From the NCBI GenBank assembly GCA_030704615.1, contig CM060733.1, positions 57,164,001 to 57,228,000 of the forward strand: a stretch of 64,000 nt of DNA, read 5' to 3'. This document shows positions 10,016 through 21,573 of the stretch, one piece after another. Each line of letters begins with the position of its first letter. The stretch's first letter is position 1. The DNA is from Takakia lepidozioides (lineage: Eukaryota > Plantae > Bryophyta). The notes beneath the pieces were generated by a model that had not been told where the DNA came from, searched no databases, and saw nothing but the letters and a program-made list of their open reading frames with translations. The position numbers were made by a program, and so were the translations under genes.

Positions 10016-12604
10016 CTGTGTCACACACACCGCACACTCATATTTAAAGAGGAAGGAAAGAAGACCCAAATATTCGAGGGAGGTTGCCAGGTCTGATATA
10101 CTACAGCATTCAAGGGCTCACACTTTCTCAAAACCCCAACACTTCCAGTGATGTCGTTTTATACTCACCGATTGCCGACCCCTTCTTTTGCTCCCAATTC
10201 CTTCTCCACTTTTACATTCGATCCTCATTAGACCTCCAGCTCCAAAGCAATGGGAGGAGAGTAGGACCCTTGAACCAGTGCCTTTTGAAGCACGAGCAGG
10301 TGCCTCCAGCGCATTGTTGAAAGAAGGGATTGACAGCAGAGCTCCATTTCGCATAGCTGCCATTATGAGATCGAAAACTAAAACCCTGAGCCCTAATGCT
10401 TGACCTGTTACTACCGGTAACGGAAGCAAATCCAGACGCAATGGTTCCTTTCCCTCTCTCAAGCACAGGTGAAGCTCTGCCTCAGCCGTAGGAGTTGTAA
10501 GCACGATGGTGGAGAAGGGCATGAGGTGGTCACCCGCGAGTACACCATTAATCTTCACAAGAGACTACACTGCTGTATTTTTTCTCTTTCCTCTTCACGC
10601 AACCCCTTTGTGGGTTGCGGGTGACCTCTTAGTCACGGGAACTAGATAGTTTCTTTCTGCAATAAGAAAGGGGGGCTGGGAGGCTGGTGATACACTCGTA
10701 CTTCTTTCTCCGTAACGGATCCAAGAGACTCTGCATCATGCCGTGTGCATCTAATTGATGACTCGCTCATTGTAGGGCATGGTAGGGCAGGTGATTTGAG
10801 GACCGTGGATAACATAAAGAATGAGTTCAAGCTGAATGATGTCTTCTAATAAGAATCCATGGAGTCTCCTACCTTTGATCTCTTAAATATCTCCGGCCGT
10901 CCTCCATTTAACCTCTGCCTGGTGTTTCACTCGTCCGTTGCTGTTCCAAATCTGAACCTGTATCTTTGTCCTTCTCTCGTTTCCTTCGTGGCTAATTACA
11001 CGAAGGCAAGCTTTCTATGTCCTGTCTGCTTATAATAGAAGCAGACTTCTTCACCCACGGGTCCTCGACCTGGTCTCTTCTTAGGGCTCTGTGTGTTCTG
11101 GCCTATTGTTTCTCTGGTAGTGATTCCGATCATGCTGGTAGTGATTCTTTTAGGAATGGTGGGTAGGCTTAAGAGCTTCCTACGGAGGATACCTGCATTA
11201 TGCAAATCTGCAGCCCGTTTCAATCCTGGATGGGGTTAGTTCATTGTGTTTAACTTTTCCGTCTGCAATTGAGCACTCCAGGGCACTGCGACTTCCATTC
11301 AGAGAAGATGATAGTGAATGTCATGTCACATTTACATGCATTTTCCATCTCATCATATTCCTGATAGAAACATAATTCTTAAAAGCTATATATCAAATCA
11401 GCAGTAGGCATTGTTAGAGAGGGACATCCTCTTGGATGTGCGCGGAGGGTGTTTTCCGTGTTATCTAGGCGACATTTTTTGCCACCCTGTGGAGCTTGGA
11501 TGCAGGTGACAAACCAAGTGTTTCCGACATGCCAAGCACACTGGCGCAGGCTAGATCAATAAGCCAAAATGAGGCACTATGTAGGCTGCTACACGTGCTG
11601 CCAGCTTGTCCTGGACATGGAGCAGTCAAATGCCCTGAGGAAACTGTACAAGGAGCGGGGCAAGAATGTTGGGGCGTGGTGGCAGGCCATGCTATTGGCC
11701 TCTAGTCAATATGGCTAGGGCCAATGGATGGGACATCGAAGGCCTATTTAATAAGAAATGAGAAGCTCCGTATCTGGTATGTGCCACCAAGCTCCGGCAT
11801 TGTGCCATGTAGAAAGAATCAACTTGGAGAGTAGATGAAGTTTTGTAGTCAATTTTGGTAGGGGATAAGCTGCGGGCAAATCTGTACTCAGTTCATGAGG
11901 CAAATCGAATGCTTTCCTTACCAGATTCTCTTTTCCTGCCAGGGAAAGATCTTGTCGACAAGGGACCTGTGCCACCCACTCAAGTGCCATCTACATATGC
12001 AACCTGCCCCCCCCGCACAGATGAAGCCTTGCTGGCTGACCACTTGGGCAAAATTGGTGTCCTGAGGTGTTTTCTGTCAGCCCCTTTTCTGCTTGGAAAG
12101 AAGTCATAGCCAGAGTCCTTTTGGTCATCTCTCTCTCTCGCTTTCTCAACTCTCTCTGAAGAGCTTCGACGAACTGAAATCTTTCATGGCTGAAGGCAAC
12201 CCCCTACTACTACAAGCCTTTGGCAATGATAGCAGCCTCAGTTCCTGTCCTTGCATTGACCCAGACAGGGGCAATGGCCACAAAGCTTGACAGATATATT
12301 CTGGGGAAACGTCAATCTCTCTTTCTCACTCATACATACACATAATCCTACTGGTAAAAGTGATGCCACATGTCCTATGCGTGGAGTTGATTGTGAGGAT
12401 ACCAAATTTTTTTTGGAAGTATCTGAATGATTACCCTGCCATCATTGTCTGTTCCAAGGTAATTCATACTACCGGTGTCAGCCCCTGACAAGTAGTTTCT
12501 GTCCCTTGTGTTCCACTAAAACTGACCGTGGGGTGGTCCCAAGGCTACAGCAAACAATGTCTTATGAGTACATTCTCCGAAATTTAAACTGAGGGCGGGG
12601 AGCA
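9077..12604 (-). mobile_element. Degenerate repeat or retroelement-like insertion
   Basis: Starts TGTGAGGGGG exactly where the PPR fragment stops. Contains a degenerate zinc-knuckle-like VCFYYKQTGH (~11020-11055, minus). No clear pol domains. Confidence 0.35.
9573..10012. repeat. Tandem repeat, 3 x ~140 bp, units separated by (CT)n
   Basis: tgtttccaggaagggcaac...aagagaagcaaatgtgctatacaaataaattggttgtcaa occurs three times. Confidence 0.95.
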
Positions 12605-13104
12605 NNNNNNNNNNNNNNNNNNNNNNNNNNNNNNNNNNNNNNNNNNNNNNNNNNNNNNNNNNNNNNNNNNNNNNNNNNNNNNNNNNNNNNNNNNNNNNNN
12701 NNNNNNNNNNNNNNNNNNNNNNNNNNNNNNNNNNNNNNNNNNNNNNNNNNNNNNNNNNNNNNNNNNNNNNNNNNNNNNNNNNNNNNNNNNNNNNNNNNNN
12801 NNNNNNNNNNNNNNNNNNNNNNNNNNNNNNNNNNNNNNNNNNNNNNNNNNNNNNNNNNNNNNNNNNNNNNNNNNNNNNNNNNNNNNNNNNNNNNNNNNNN
12901 NNNNNNNNNNNNNNNNNNNNNNNNNNNNNNNNNNNNNNNNNNNNNNNNNNNNNNNNNNNNNNNNNNNNNNNNNNNNNNNNNNNNNNNNNNNNNNNNNNNN
13001 NNNNNNNNNNNNNNNNNNNNNNNNNNNNNNNNNNNNNNNNNNNNNNNNNNNNNNNNNNNNNNNNNNNNNNNNNNNNNNNNNNNNNNNNNNNNNNNNNNNN
13101 NNNN
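12605..13104. other. Assembly gap (500 N)
   Basis: Run of n. Confidence 1.
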
Positions 13105-14894
13105 ATGGCAGCCCAATTTGCTTGTGCGTTGTCCGCCATGAAACCACGGAAATTGGGAGGGGGCAATCCCACCTTGGCCATCTATTCGTTTATTCCCTGC
13201 CAAAGAAGCATCTCCGATTGTGTGTCCTCTCCTTTCATCTCACAAATAGCAATTGTCATTAGCATCCTGCAGTGGGTGTCGTAGACATGTGCACCCATTG
13301 TCACCCACTAGTGATTTGTAATTCGCTTGATATGGTCGAACATGACCCAACTGTTTGACAAGTCCCCACTCGTCATCCTGTCAACCAGTTCGACGCCGCT
13401 GCCAGGTCCACACGTGGACATTTTGAATACGAAACAACGATATGCCTCAGTCCCTTGTCCTGGAAACCGACTTCCATGAATGTAGTCATATCCACATCGT
13501 CGCTTCACCTCCAGAATGGAGTGCATATCCGAGCCACGCCCAATTTTCTGTTTGCATGACACAATGTGGTTTTGGACATTCGGTGAACAGACGTGGGACA
13601 CCTACTCCAGCAATGCCTCCATTTCCTTTGTCATCGAGAGGAACTCTGTCGGAGCCGTCTTTCGACATAATTCTGGCCAACGCCATCTTATGGGCGGCTT
13701 GGAGCTGTATCTGTTTGGGTTTGGCACCCGGTCTCAACTTAACCTCCTCCTGAACGAGCTGCTCTGCCTCGTGGGCAGCCTCCCGCGAGTTCCCCCTCGC
13801 CAATTTGTGACAATGGGATCCAACGTGTATGCAAGCTCGGGTGAGGTCAGGGAAACGGTGCAACACATAGAACTGCTTGGCATTACAAACAGACATGCAG
13901 TGTGATGGTTCTTTGCAATGCGCACACTTAAATGTGGAGTTCGGAACCTTCTCCTGAGCTCGAAATGGTTGATGAGATGTGCCTGTCCAATCGGTCTCGT
14001 TCCTGTGACCTCTGGATTTAAAGTGGAAGCAAGTTGGGAGAAACACCGCAACGCGCCCGCACAAACAACGTAGCGCACCCGCACACCATCGAGCATCTTC
14101 ATGCTGGTGGTTTTGGTAACGCACCAAGGATGACCGTCATGTTTTCTATCCATATCTGTCAACATTCCGGACGCCCTCGAGTAGTCCGCCCGAGGAGGGA
14201 ACTCAAAGAAGATATTACCGTCGACGTCGGCGGTAAGGCATGTAACCGATTTAATTGCGAACTTGCTGTAGTCCAGCCCGGCCAACTCCGACCGGTGTCC
14301 CTCTAGGTGAAGCCCTCGCAGAATTTCAAGAATAGATCGAACTGCGGTGCTCGTGCTGGGAATATGACTCCCTCCTCCACTGACGTCCATTGAGGACTTG
14401 CCTGATCTCCAGGACGACCTCGGAACTTCCATGACCTCGTCTGAGTCGGACAGGTTGTGAACAACCCGGTTCTCGCTCGTCTTCATGGATGGGTTCGGCT
14501 CTGGATTTACTTCGTTACGGACTTCTCTCTTTGAGGTAGCCACTCTCTGATTCACGGATTGTTTCGTGGAAGGCGCCAGGATAGAAGGTGCATTTGGCGG
14601 GCAAATGAAGTCCCCAATAGCCCTGTATATGACGCTGTCCGATGGTGGAACTCGCCATTCCCTGCCATCACCGAAATCATCGTGGAGCACAACAATACTC
14701 TCGACAACAAGGCCGTTTGAGTCCTTCCTTTCCTCCTCCAAAAAAACCGACCCCGGTTTCAGGTGGTATCGAACGCACAAATATTTCTCCATCACCCGGC
14801 AGATGTCCCCTCTGCACGGAAATGAAGCTCTATGCTCGTGAGGAGGGCAGTACACTGTAGCGCTCGGGTTTTCCGCCATGGGAGATGTGCGCAC
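13105..14894 (-). mobile_element. Mutator(MULE)-like DDE transposase pseudogene with GCM/WRKY-like Zn DNA-binding region; 3' end runs into the gap
   Basis: Joining three frames gives DGHPWCVTKT..CAGALRC..C..CAHC..C..CIHVGSHCH, then WVMFDHIKR...HVYD...TIAICEMKGED...LLWQGIN...FRGFMADNAQANWAA. The last part holds two candidate catalytic Asp. Contains two frameshifts and two stops. Confidence 0.65.
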
Positions 14895-15099
14895 AAGATT
14901 GCCAGGATGGCGTGCGGGGAAGCTCCCTGGTAGAAGGGGGATGCAACGATGGGAAGGAATACGGTGCCGATTTGTCCGAGCGACGAAGCCTGATCCAAAT
15001 CCAGGGAGCCAACTATCTCAAAAATCCACAGTCAGAGTGTTAATGAACCTTGTCTCCAGAATGCGGCCCCTGGTCTTTGCGCAATAACTGCCAACGGTA

Positions 15100-16225
15100 T
15101 GCAGTCAGAAAGTGGGGGGCTGTCCGGATGATGTCGGCTGAAGGGGAGAAGCCGGCACCGTGCCGTCACATTACTACCCCCGAATGGAAATTCGGCACCC
15201 AATATCCAACAGGGGCCGCACGGATGAAGTCGTCTGGGGCAGAGATGCCGACACCTGTCCGACAGAGAACATCCCCCGGATGGAAATTCAGCGCCGAATT
15301 TCCATTCGGATCCCCCCAAAGGAAGTCCTGTCGAAGGGTCAGGCCGAAAACTGGCCGACATAAAAACCTCCGCGGATGGAAAAACGGCGCCGAATTTCCA
15401 TCCGAGGCCTTTCGGATGCAGTCGGCTCGAGGGAAAGGCCGCCATCTGGCCCTCACATTACAACCCCCGGACGAAAATTCGGCACCGAATATACAACAGG
15501 GGAAGCCCGGATGAAGTCGCCTCGGGCGCAGAGGCCGGCGCGTGTGCGACAGAGAACATCCCCTGGATGGAGATTCGGCGCCGAATTTCCATCCGGGCCC
15601 CCCAAAGGAAGTCGTGTCGGGGGGTCAGGCCGAAAACTGGCCGGCATAAAAACCTCCGCGGATGGAAAAACGGCGCCGAATTTCCATCCGAGGCCTTTCG
15701 GATGCAGTCGACTCGGGGGAAAGGCCGCCATCTGGCCCTCACATTACAACCCCCGGACGAAAATTCGGCACCGAATATACAACAGGGGAAGCCCGGATGA
15801 AGTCGCCTCGGGCGCAGAGGCCGGGGCGTGTGCGACAGAGAACATCCCTTGGATGGAGATTCGGCGCCGAATTTCCATCCGGGCCCCCCCAAAGGAAGTC
15901 GTGTCGGGGGGTCAGGCCGAAAACTGGCCGACATAAAAACCTCCCCAGATGGAAAAATGGCGCCGAATTTCCATCCGGGGCCGTTCCAATGCAGTCAGGG
16001 AGGGGGGAGAGGCCGACACCTGGCCGTCATATTTCAACCCCCGGACGGAAATTCGGCACCGATAATATCCAACAGAGCGGCGGAGAGGCCGGCACCTCTC
16101 CGACAGAGACCATCCCCCGGATGGAAATTCGGCGCCGAATTTCCATCGGGGCCCCCTCAAAGGAAGTCGTAAAAACCTCCTAGAATGGAAAAACGGCGCC
16201 GAATTTCCGTCCGAGGCTGTTCCGA
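15100..16225. repeat. Palindrome array A: ~286-bp unit made of three ~95-bp subunits
   Basis: About 12 variants of GGATGGAAATTCGGCGCCGAATTTCCATCC. A perfect 28-bp palindrome lies at 16120-16147. The unit recurs at 15372, 15658 and 15945. Confidence 0.95.
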
Positions 16226-16336
16226 TTTGCGCGCCGCAGTCAAGGATTCCAAGAAAAACGTGTCTACAAGTGCACTTCAGCCACAAAACAAACAGTTTAG
16301 TTTGTTTTTCTCCGAAAAATCAATCGGACACGCTCA

Positions 16337-16820
16337 GAATTACCTGCAGGAAGGTAATTCAGTGCTTCGAAATACCTGGCGAATGGAAATTCAGCGCCGA
16401 ATATCCATATGCCAGCGATCCGACTTACCTGCTGGATGGAAATTCGGCGCCGGATTTCCATCCATCCGCCTCCGAATTACCTGCGTGAGGGAAATTTGGC
16501 GCGCCGCCCTACCTGCGCGGATGGAAATCCGGCGCCGGATTTCCATCCATCCGCCTCCGAATTACCTGCGTGAGGGAAATTTGGCGTGCCGCCCTACCTG
16601 CGCGGATGGAAATCCGGCGCCAGATTTCCATCCATCCGCCTCCGAATTACCTGCGTGAGGGAAATTTGGCGCGCCGCCCTACCTTGCAGGATGGAAATTC
16701 GGCGCTGAATTTCCATCCTGCTGCGCTCCGAATTACCTGCAGGATGAAAATCCGGCACCGGATTTCCATCCTGTAGCGCTCCGAATTACCTCTACGTTGG
16801 AAATTCCGGGCCGAGTTCCG
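16337..16820. repeat. Palindrome array B: 85-bp unit
   Basis: gaattacctgc at 16474, 16559 and 16644. Perfect 30-bp palindrome GGATGGAAATCCGGCGCCGGATTTCCATCC at 16519-16548. Confidence 0.95.
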
Positions 16821-17917
16821 TCGTTTTTCATCCGACATGGAGGGCTTCATCCGACATTTAATTGCGCAGTTGGGCAATAAATGTCCACCGCCGTCCATTT
16901 TCATTCGGGGTGGCGACACATGGCTTCCTGGAGACGTACCCTAAATCTGATGCTAATCTTGGCTTAACATGCTATTCGAGGCATGTACCCCAAAAACGGA
17001 GATCTTTTTCCATTTTGGCTGGGACTTATGCCGCCTGAAGGGCGTGGCTCTCCTGAGAGAGACCTCACATCCAGACCGCGGCGGAAGTTGAAAGCTCTGT
17101 ACTACGGACGACGGCCAATCTCTCGCATGGCCAAACTGAAGCTCCAGCAGGAGATTCCAGTGTCTTGCTCACAACCCGCGTCAACTGAAGCCGAGTACTC
17201 TCAGGCAAGCCACTTCTGCTTTCGCTTTGTTCGATTTTGCTTTCGCTTTCGCTTTGTTGCCTCGCTTTGTTTTTGCATCTTCATCCTGGCTTTGCTGGAT
17301 GAGTGAACCTTAGATTGTTTGCAATGCGTGTGCAAATCCGGCAGCTCTGGAGAAGGCTGCTTGTGCATGTCATTCTCAGGCAATGGCTGCATTTGTTTTC
17401 ATTGTTGTTGCATGGCTCTCCATACTTCCTAAACTTGTTATGTTTTCATTTTTGTTACACGATTGTTGCTATGGTGGTTGCGATGCTGGTTTTGGCACCG
17501 ATGTTGGTTCTCACGATTTTGGGAATGACAGAGTGACGACAAGCCCGACACGCTGGTGGTATCATCGACTGCTGCAACTCATCGCATGTTTGAACCGCCC
17601 ACCTTGGAGCGAGAGGGAAAACTTCAACCTTTTGTTGGTGGACGGGAGGACCTGCAGCGATAGTACGACAGAATAGGCATTGGGGAGGTTGGTGCAGGCC
17701 TCATGGCAGGTGAAGGGCGTGAGGAAGTGAGAACAGCAGATCCGGCAATGGAGGTTGTTGATGCAGAAGCAGTAGGGCCCATCCAAGCAAAGAAGAAGAA
17801 GAAAGCCAAGCACGTGCAATCCCCGGCGCGAGAGCCGTCACGGGCTGCGGAGGGGGGAGTTCGCAGTGCGCGCGAGGGTGTCAGTTCGCCTACGTTTGAT
17901 GGAAATGTGGCACTGCA

Positions 17918-18912
17918 GGGTGACTGAGAATGCCTTCATTGCCACCAACTTGTCCCATATGCTCTTCCGAGTGAAGGATGTCGGGAAGCAGGGGTGCAAG
18001 AGTTTGCCAATTCCCTCAGTGCCGACCTCCTGCGCAAGTCGGAGGCAAAGGCAGACAGAACCTGGTATAGGCTGAGCGTCGACGCCATGGTGGACTACAT
18101 ATTTCAGGTAAAGCTCCTGACAGTTTTGTTGAGCTAATCTGTCTCTCCTCCCCCAATAGAAGAAAAGGTCTTCACCGTGATTTCTAATCTCCTCCCCCAA
18201 TAGAAGAAATTGTGTTGAGCAGGATCTCTAATCTTATGTGGCATTCTTGACAGACGAAAATACAGCAGGATTTGGCACATGCGCGGAGGTTCTACATGGA
18301 GTCAGAGGAGAAGAATCCAACCCTCCCGGCACTCGAATCGTATGTCAAAGCTGCGGAGGTGAGGGCTCGCATAAAGTACAAGTCGCGGATGGTAAAGTAC
18401 GTGGCCATAGCTGATCCCGCCCTTGGTGCCAACTTTCTGGTGGAGGTGGGGAAGCACTACTCTCGCACTCTGAAGCCCACGATGACATTGGAGAAGCTCC
18501 ATCGTCTAGCCACATCCTGTGTGGATGCAACAGAAAAGGTGATACATTCTTAACCAAATTGTGGTGGCAACAACTCCTTTTTGTGGTGTTTGAGGCTTAC
18601 GAATATGCTGGGTGGTTGGACAGACCCAGTGGCTCCAAATCTGGAATGGTTCCCAAAGTACCAGGGACATGTGGAGCTTCCCCAAACCGGACAAACTCTC
18701 TGACCCCACATTTGACATGTGGATGAACCGCATAACATGGTGGTTTCAGGTACTTCCCCACGCTTCGTTTGGGGCTTCTACTCTAGTAGGGGGTGGATTC
18801 ATTGTATTTTTTCAGGAAAGCGATCTGATGGAGAATCTCCACAGGTGACGACGAATGCGCAAGAGCAGTTGGACACACAAGCACATCAGTTCAAGATGGA
18901 GATATCTCGTTA
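17918..18912 (+). pseudogene. Divergent paralog of the ParB-MTase gene (middle exons only)
   Basis: RTWYRLSVDAM vs KTWYNLTVHAM; KSRMVKYVAIADPALGANFL vs KSQLVKLLPIADPTLGEGFL; QWLQIWNG vs EWLHIWNG; PTFDMWMNRITWWFQ|gt vs PTLDPWLNRRTFWWQ|gt. Intron positions are shared. Confidence 0.8.
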
Positions 18913-19704
18913 GAGAAAATGGCGCCGAATTTCCAGTCAGGGCTCCGAAAATGGCTAAGTCCCTAGACTGGCTGGCCCGGAACTGGAAATTCGGCGCCAT
19001 TTTCCAGTTCTAGGCCCTATTGTCGTTGAGGGACAACCATTTTCGGGCTAAGTCCCTAGACTGGCTGGCCCTGAACTGGAAATTCGGCGCCATTTTCCAG
19101 TTCCAGGCCCTATTGCCGTTCAGGGACTTAGCCATTTTCGGGCTAAGTCCCTAGGGTGGCTGGCCCTGAAGTGGAAATTCGGCGCCATTTTCCAGTTCTA
19201 GGCCCTATTGCCGTTCAGGGACTTAGCCATTTTCGGGCTAAGTCCCTAGACTGGCTGGCCCCGAACTGGAAATTCGGCGCCATTTTCCAGTTCCAGGCCC
19301 TATTGCCGTTCAGGGACTTAGCCATTTTCGGGCTAAGTCCCTAGGGTGGCTGGCCCTGAAGTGGAAATTCGGCGCCATTTTCCAGTTCTAGGCCCTATTG
19401 CCATTCAGGGACTGAGCCATTTTCGGGCTAAGTCCCTAGACTGGCTGGCCCCGAACTGGAAATTCGGCGCCATTTTCCAGTTCTAGGCCCTATTGCCGTT
19501 CAGGGACGTAGCCATTTTCGGGCTAAGTCCCTAGGGTGGCTGGCCCTGAAGTGGAAATTCGGCGCCATTTTCCAGCTCTAGGCCCTATTGCCGTTCAGGG
19601 ACTGAGCCATTTTCGGGCTGAGTCCCTAGATTGGCTGGCCCCGAACTGGAAATTCGGCGCCATTTTCCAGTTCTAGGCCCTATTGCCGTTCAGGGACTGA
19701 GCCA
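18913..19704. repeat. Palindrome array C: ~8 x 95-bp units, alternating variants (190-bp higher order)
   Basis: gccattttcgggct at 19131, 19226, 19321, 19416, 19511 and 19606. Each unit has GAACTGGAAATTCGGCGCCATTTTCCAGTTC and AGGGACTTAGCC-7nt-GGCTAAGTCCCT. Confidence 0.95.
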
Positions 19705-21573
19705 CAAGCGGGGAGAGAAAAGATGCACGTTATCAAGCAGGGTTGTTGACTAGTTTTATCGATAAAATTGGAGCTGATAAAATTGTCCAAGTGTGCACGG
19801 ACAATGCATCTAACATGGTTAAAATGGCCGATATTTTGATGGTACGATATCCCCATCTATATTACCAAGGGTGTACTGCTCATATCTTTGATCTCTTTTT
19901 GGAGGATTGGGAAAAAGAATCATGGATGAAACAACTAGTAAAAAGAGCAAAGTCGGTTGTGACGTTCATTCGTACACATCACATCCCACTGGCATTGTTT
20001 AGAAAGCATGAACCCAAATACAGCCTTAGGAACCCGGGTGAAACCCGCTTTGCCACAAACTTTTTGATGGTGGATCGACTAGTGACTGTGAGGGCGGGTC
20101 TGGAGCAGGTGATCATTGACCCTCAATGGGATGCGTATGTGGGCACCTTACATGACTATCGTAAGTCCAAGTCGGAGGGTCCGTGCAATCATTCGCTCCG
20201 ACGATTTCTGGGCGAAATGTGCAAATTTTGTGTACATGGTGGAACCGGTGTTGATTGCTTTGCAGGAGTTTGATGGAAAACAACCAATAATGGATAAAGC
20301 ATGGTTGATATTGGAAAACCTTGAGAAGCACGTGCAATCCTTGAGGCGTCCTCCATTTTCTATGGACGATGATTTGGCGGCAATGACCGAGGATGCATTT
20401 TACGACTGCAAACGGATGGTTCGCACGGACTTGCATTATGCGGGGGCCTTGCTGAATCCATTCTTGCTGGACAATACGGATTTGAGAGACGATGTGGATG
20501 CCAAAGCCGGGCTTAATATAATCTTCGAAAATCTAGATTCTTGATTTATTAAATTGTTGTATGAATCATTTGATATTTGTGTGTTTTGGATGGTGTTGGT
20601 AATTTGATTTCCCGACCCTGTTATTCTTTAGCAGAACACTAAATTTATGAATATATGGAACTTGGAACTTATATATGAAGAAAGCCTATTCACGTGTAAG
20701 AACCCTTCACATTTGAAACATGGTTACCCTATTGCCGTTTATTGTGTTCACACCAATGTTGGACTGGTATATAGGGCCTGGCTTGGGTATCAAGTACGGT
20801 ATCAACCATGGTATTATCTGCCCGACGGGCATTAGGGTTAATAATCCGACAATTCCAATACCTAGGTCAATACCCTACATAGGCTGGTATTGACAAAGGC
20901 AATACCCATATTATGGGCAAAAACAATGACCAACGTTTTTTTAATTACACGGGTCATCATGCAACTCGCGTCCTTGAACACGGCAGAGCGAGCTTTGTCC
21001 GAGTACCAGTGCTTCTCGGATCGCCAAAATCCTTTCCATGACATGCCGGATCCAAAAGCAATGAACATGTTGCCACATGAATGGTGAGATCTGATTGGAG
21101 CTGGAGCAAAAACGTTAGCTCCCATTGCAAAGCGTATTCTTGCTCAAGTGTGCTCTGCCTCGTCCTGTGAGCAGAACAGGAGCAGTTACTCGTTTGTTCA
21201 CAACAAGATTCGCAACAGGTTGAATCCTGCCAGGGCTGACAAATTGATTTATGTCTACACGAATTGTAGGCTACTGCAAGAGAGGACAGCAAATGACACA
21301 TCTGCATGGTATGAGAAGAATCTGTTGTCTGAAGAATCTGCCTCAGAGGTCCAATCTAGCAGCAATGATAACACCGACGCCGCGAGGGGTTCTGACTCCA
21401 ACGGTTGGGATGGGTCCGATGATGTGGGCAATCCTCCACATGACCCATATGAATTTAATGACGATGATGTTGCAATGCATCCATCCTTCGATGACCTTGT
21501 TGTTGATGAATTGCGATATGGTGTCATCCCAATTGCGGACCCCCTTCCCCAGTGGAGCACCGATCAACAATGA
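19705..21573 (+). mobile_element. hAT-superfamily transposase pseudogene (DUF659 plus C-terminal dimerisation domain), 5'-truncated
   Basis: IVQVCTDNASNM, CTAHIFDLFLED, PGETRFATNF, LHYAGALLNP, EW*DLIG, AKRILAQVCSASSCEQN, HNKIRNRL. Has a frameshift and an internal insertion. Confidence 0.9.
20516..20944. mobile_element. 429-bp insertion in the hAT ORF flanked by a TTA duplication
   Basis: TTA at 20513-20515 and 20945-20947. Removing the insert restores GGG CTT ACA CGG GTC (GLTRV) in frame. Confidence 0.6.

Noticed and set aside
12460-12500. GADTGS retroviral protease-like motif on the minus strand
   Set aside because: Too short, and it lies upstream of the putative gag knuckle, which is the wrong order.
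12516-13203. Long ORFs crossing the N run
   Set aside because: Gap artefacts. Only the 13105-13181 part is real transposase sequence.
15032-16919. Many overlapping ORFs (MEIRRRISI..., WKFGAEF...)
   Set aside because: By-products of a GC-rich palindromic repeat, open on both strands.
15100-19704. CRISPR-like appearance of palindromic repeats with spacers
   Set aside because: Spacers are themselves repeated and too long, there are no cas genes, and the context is eukaryotic.
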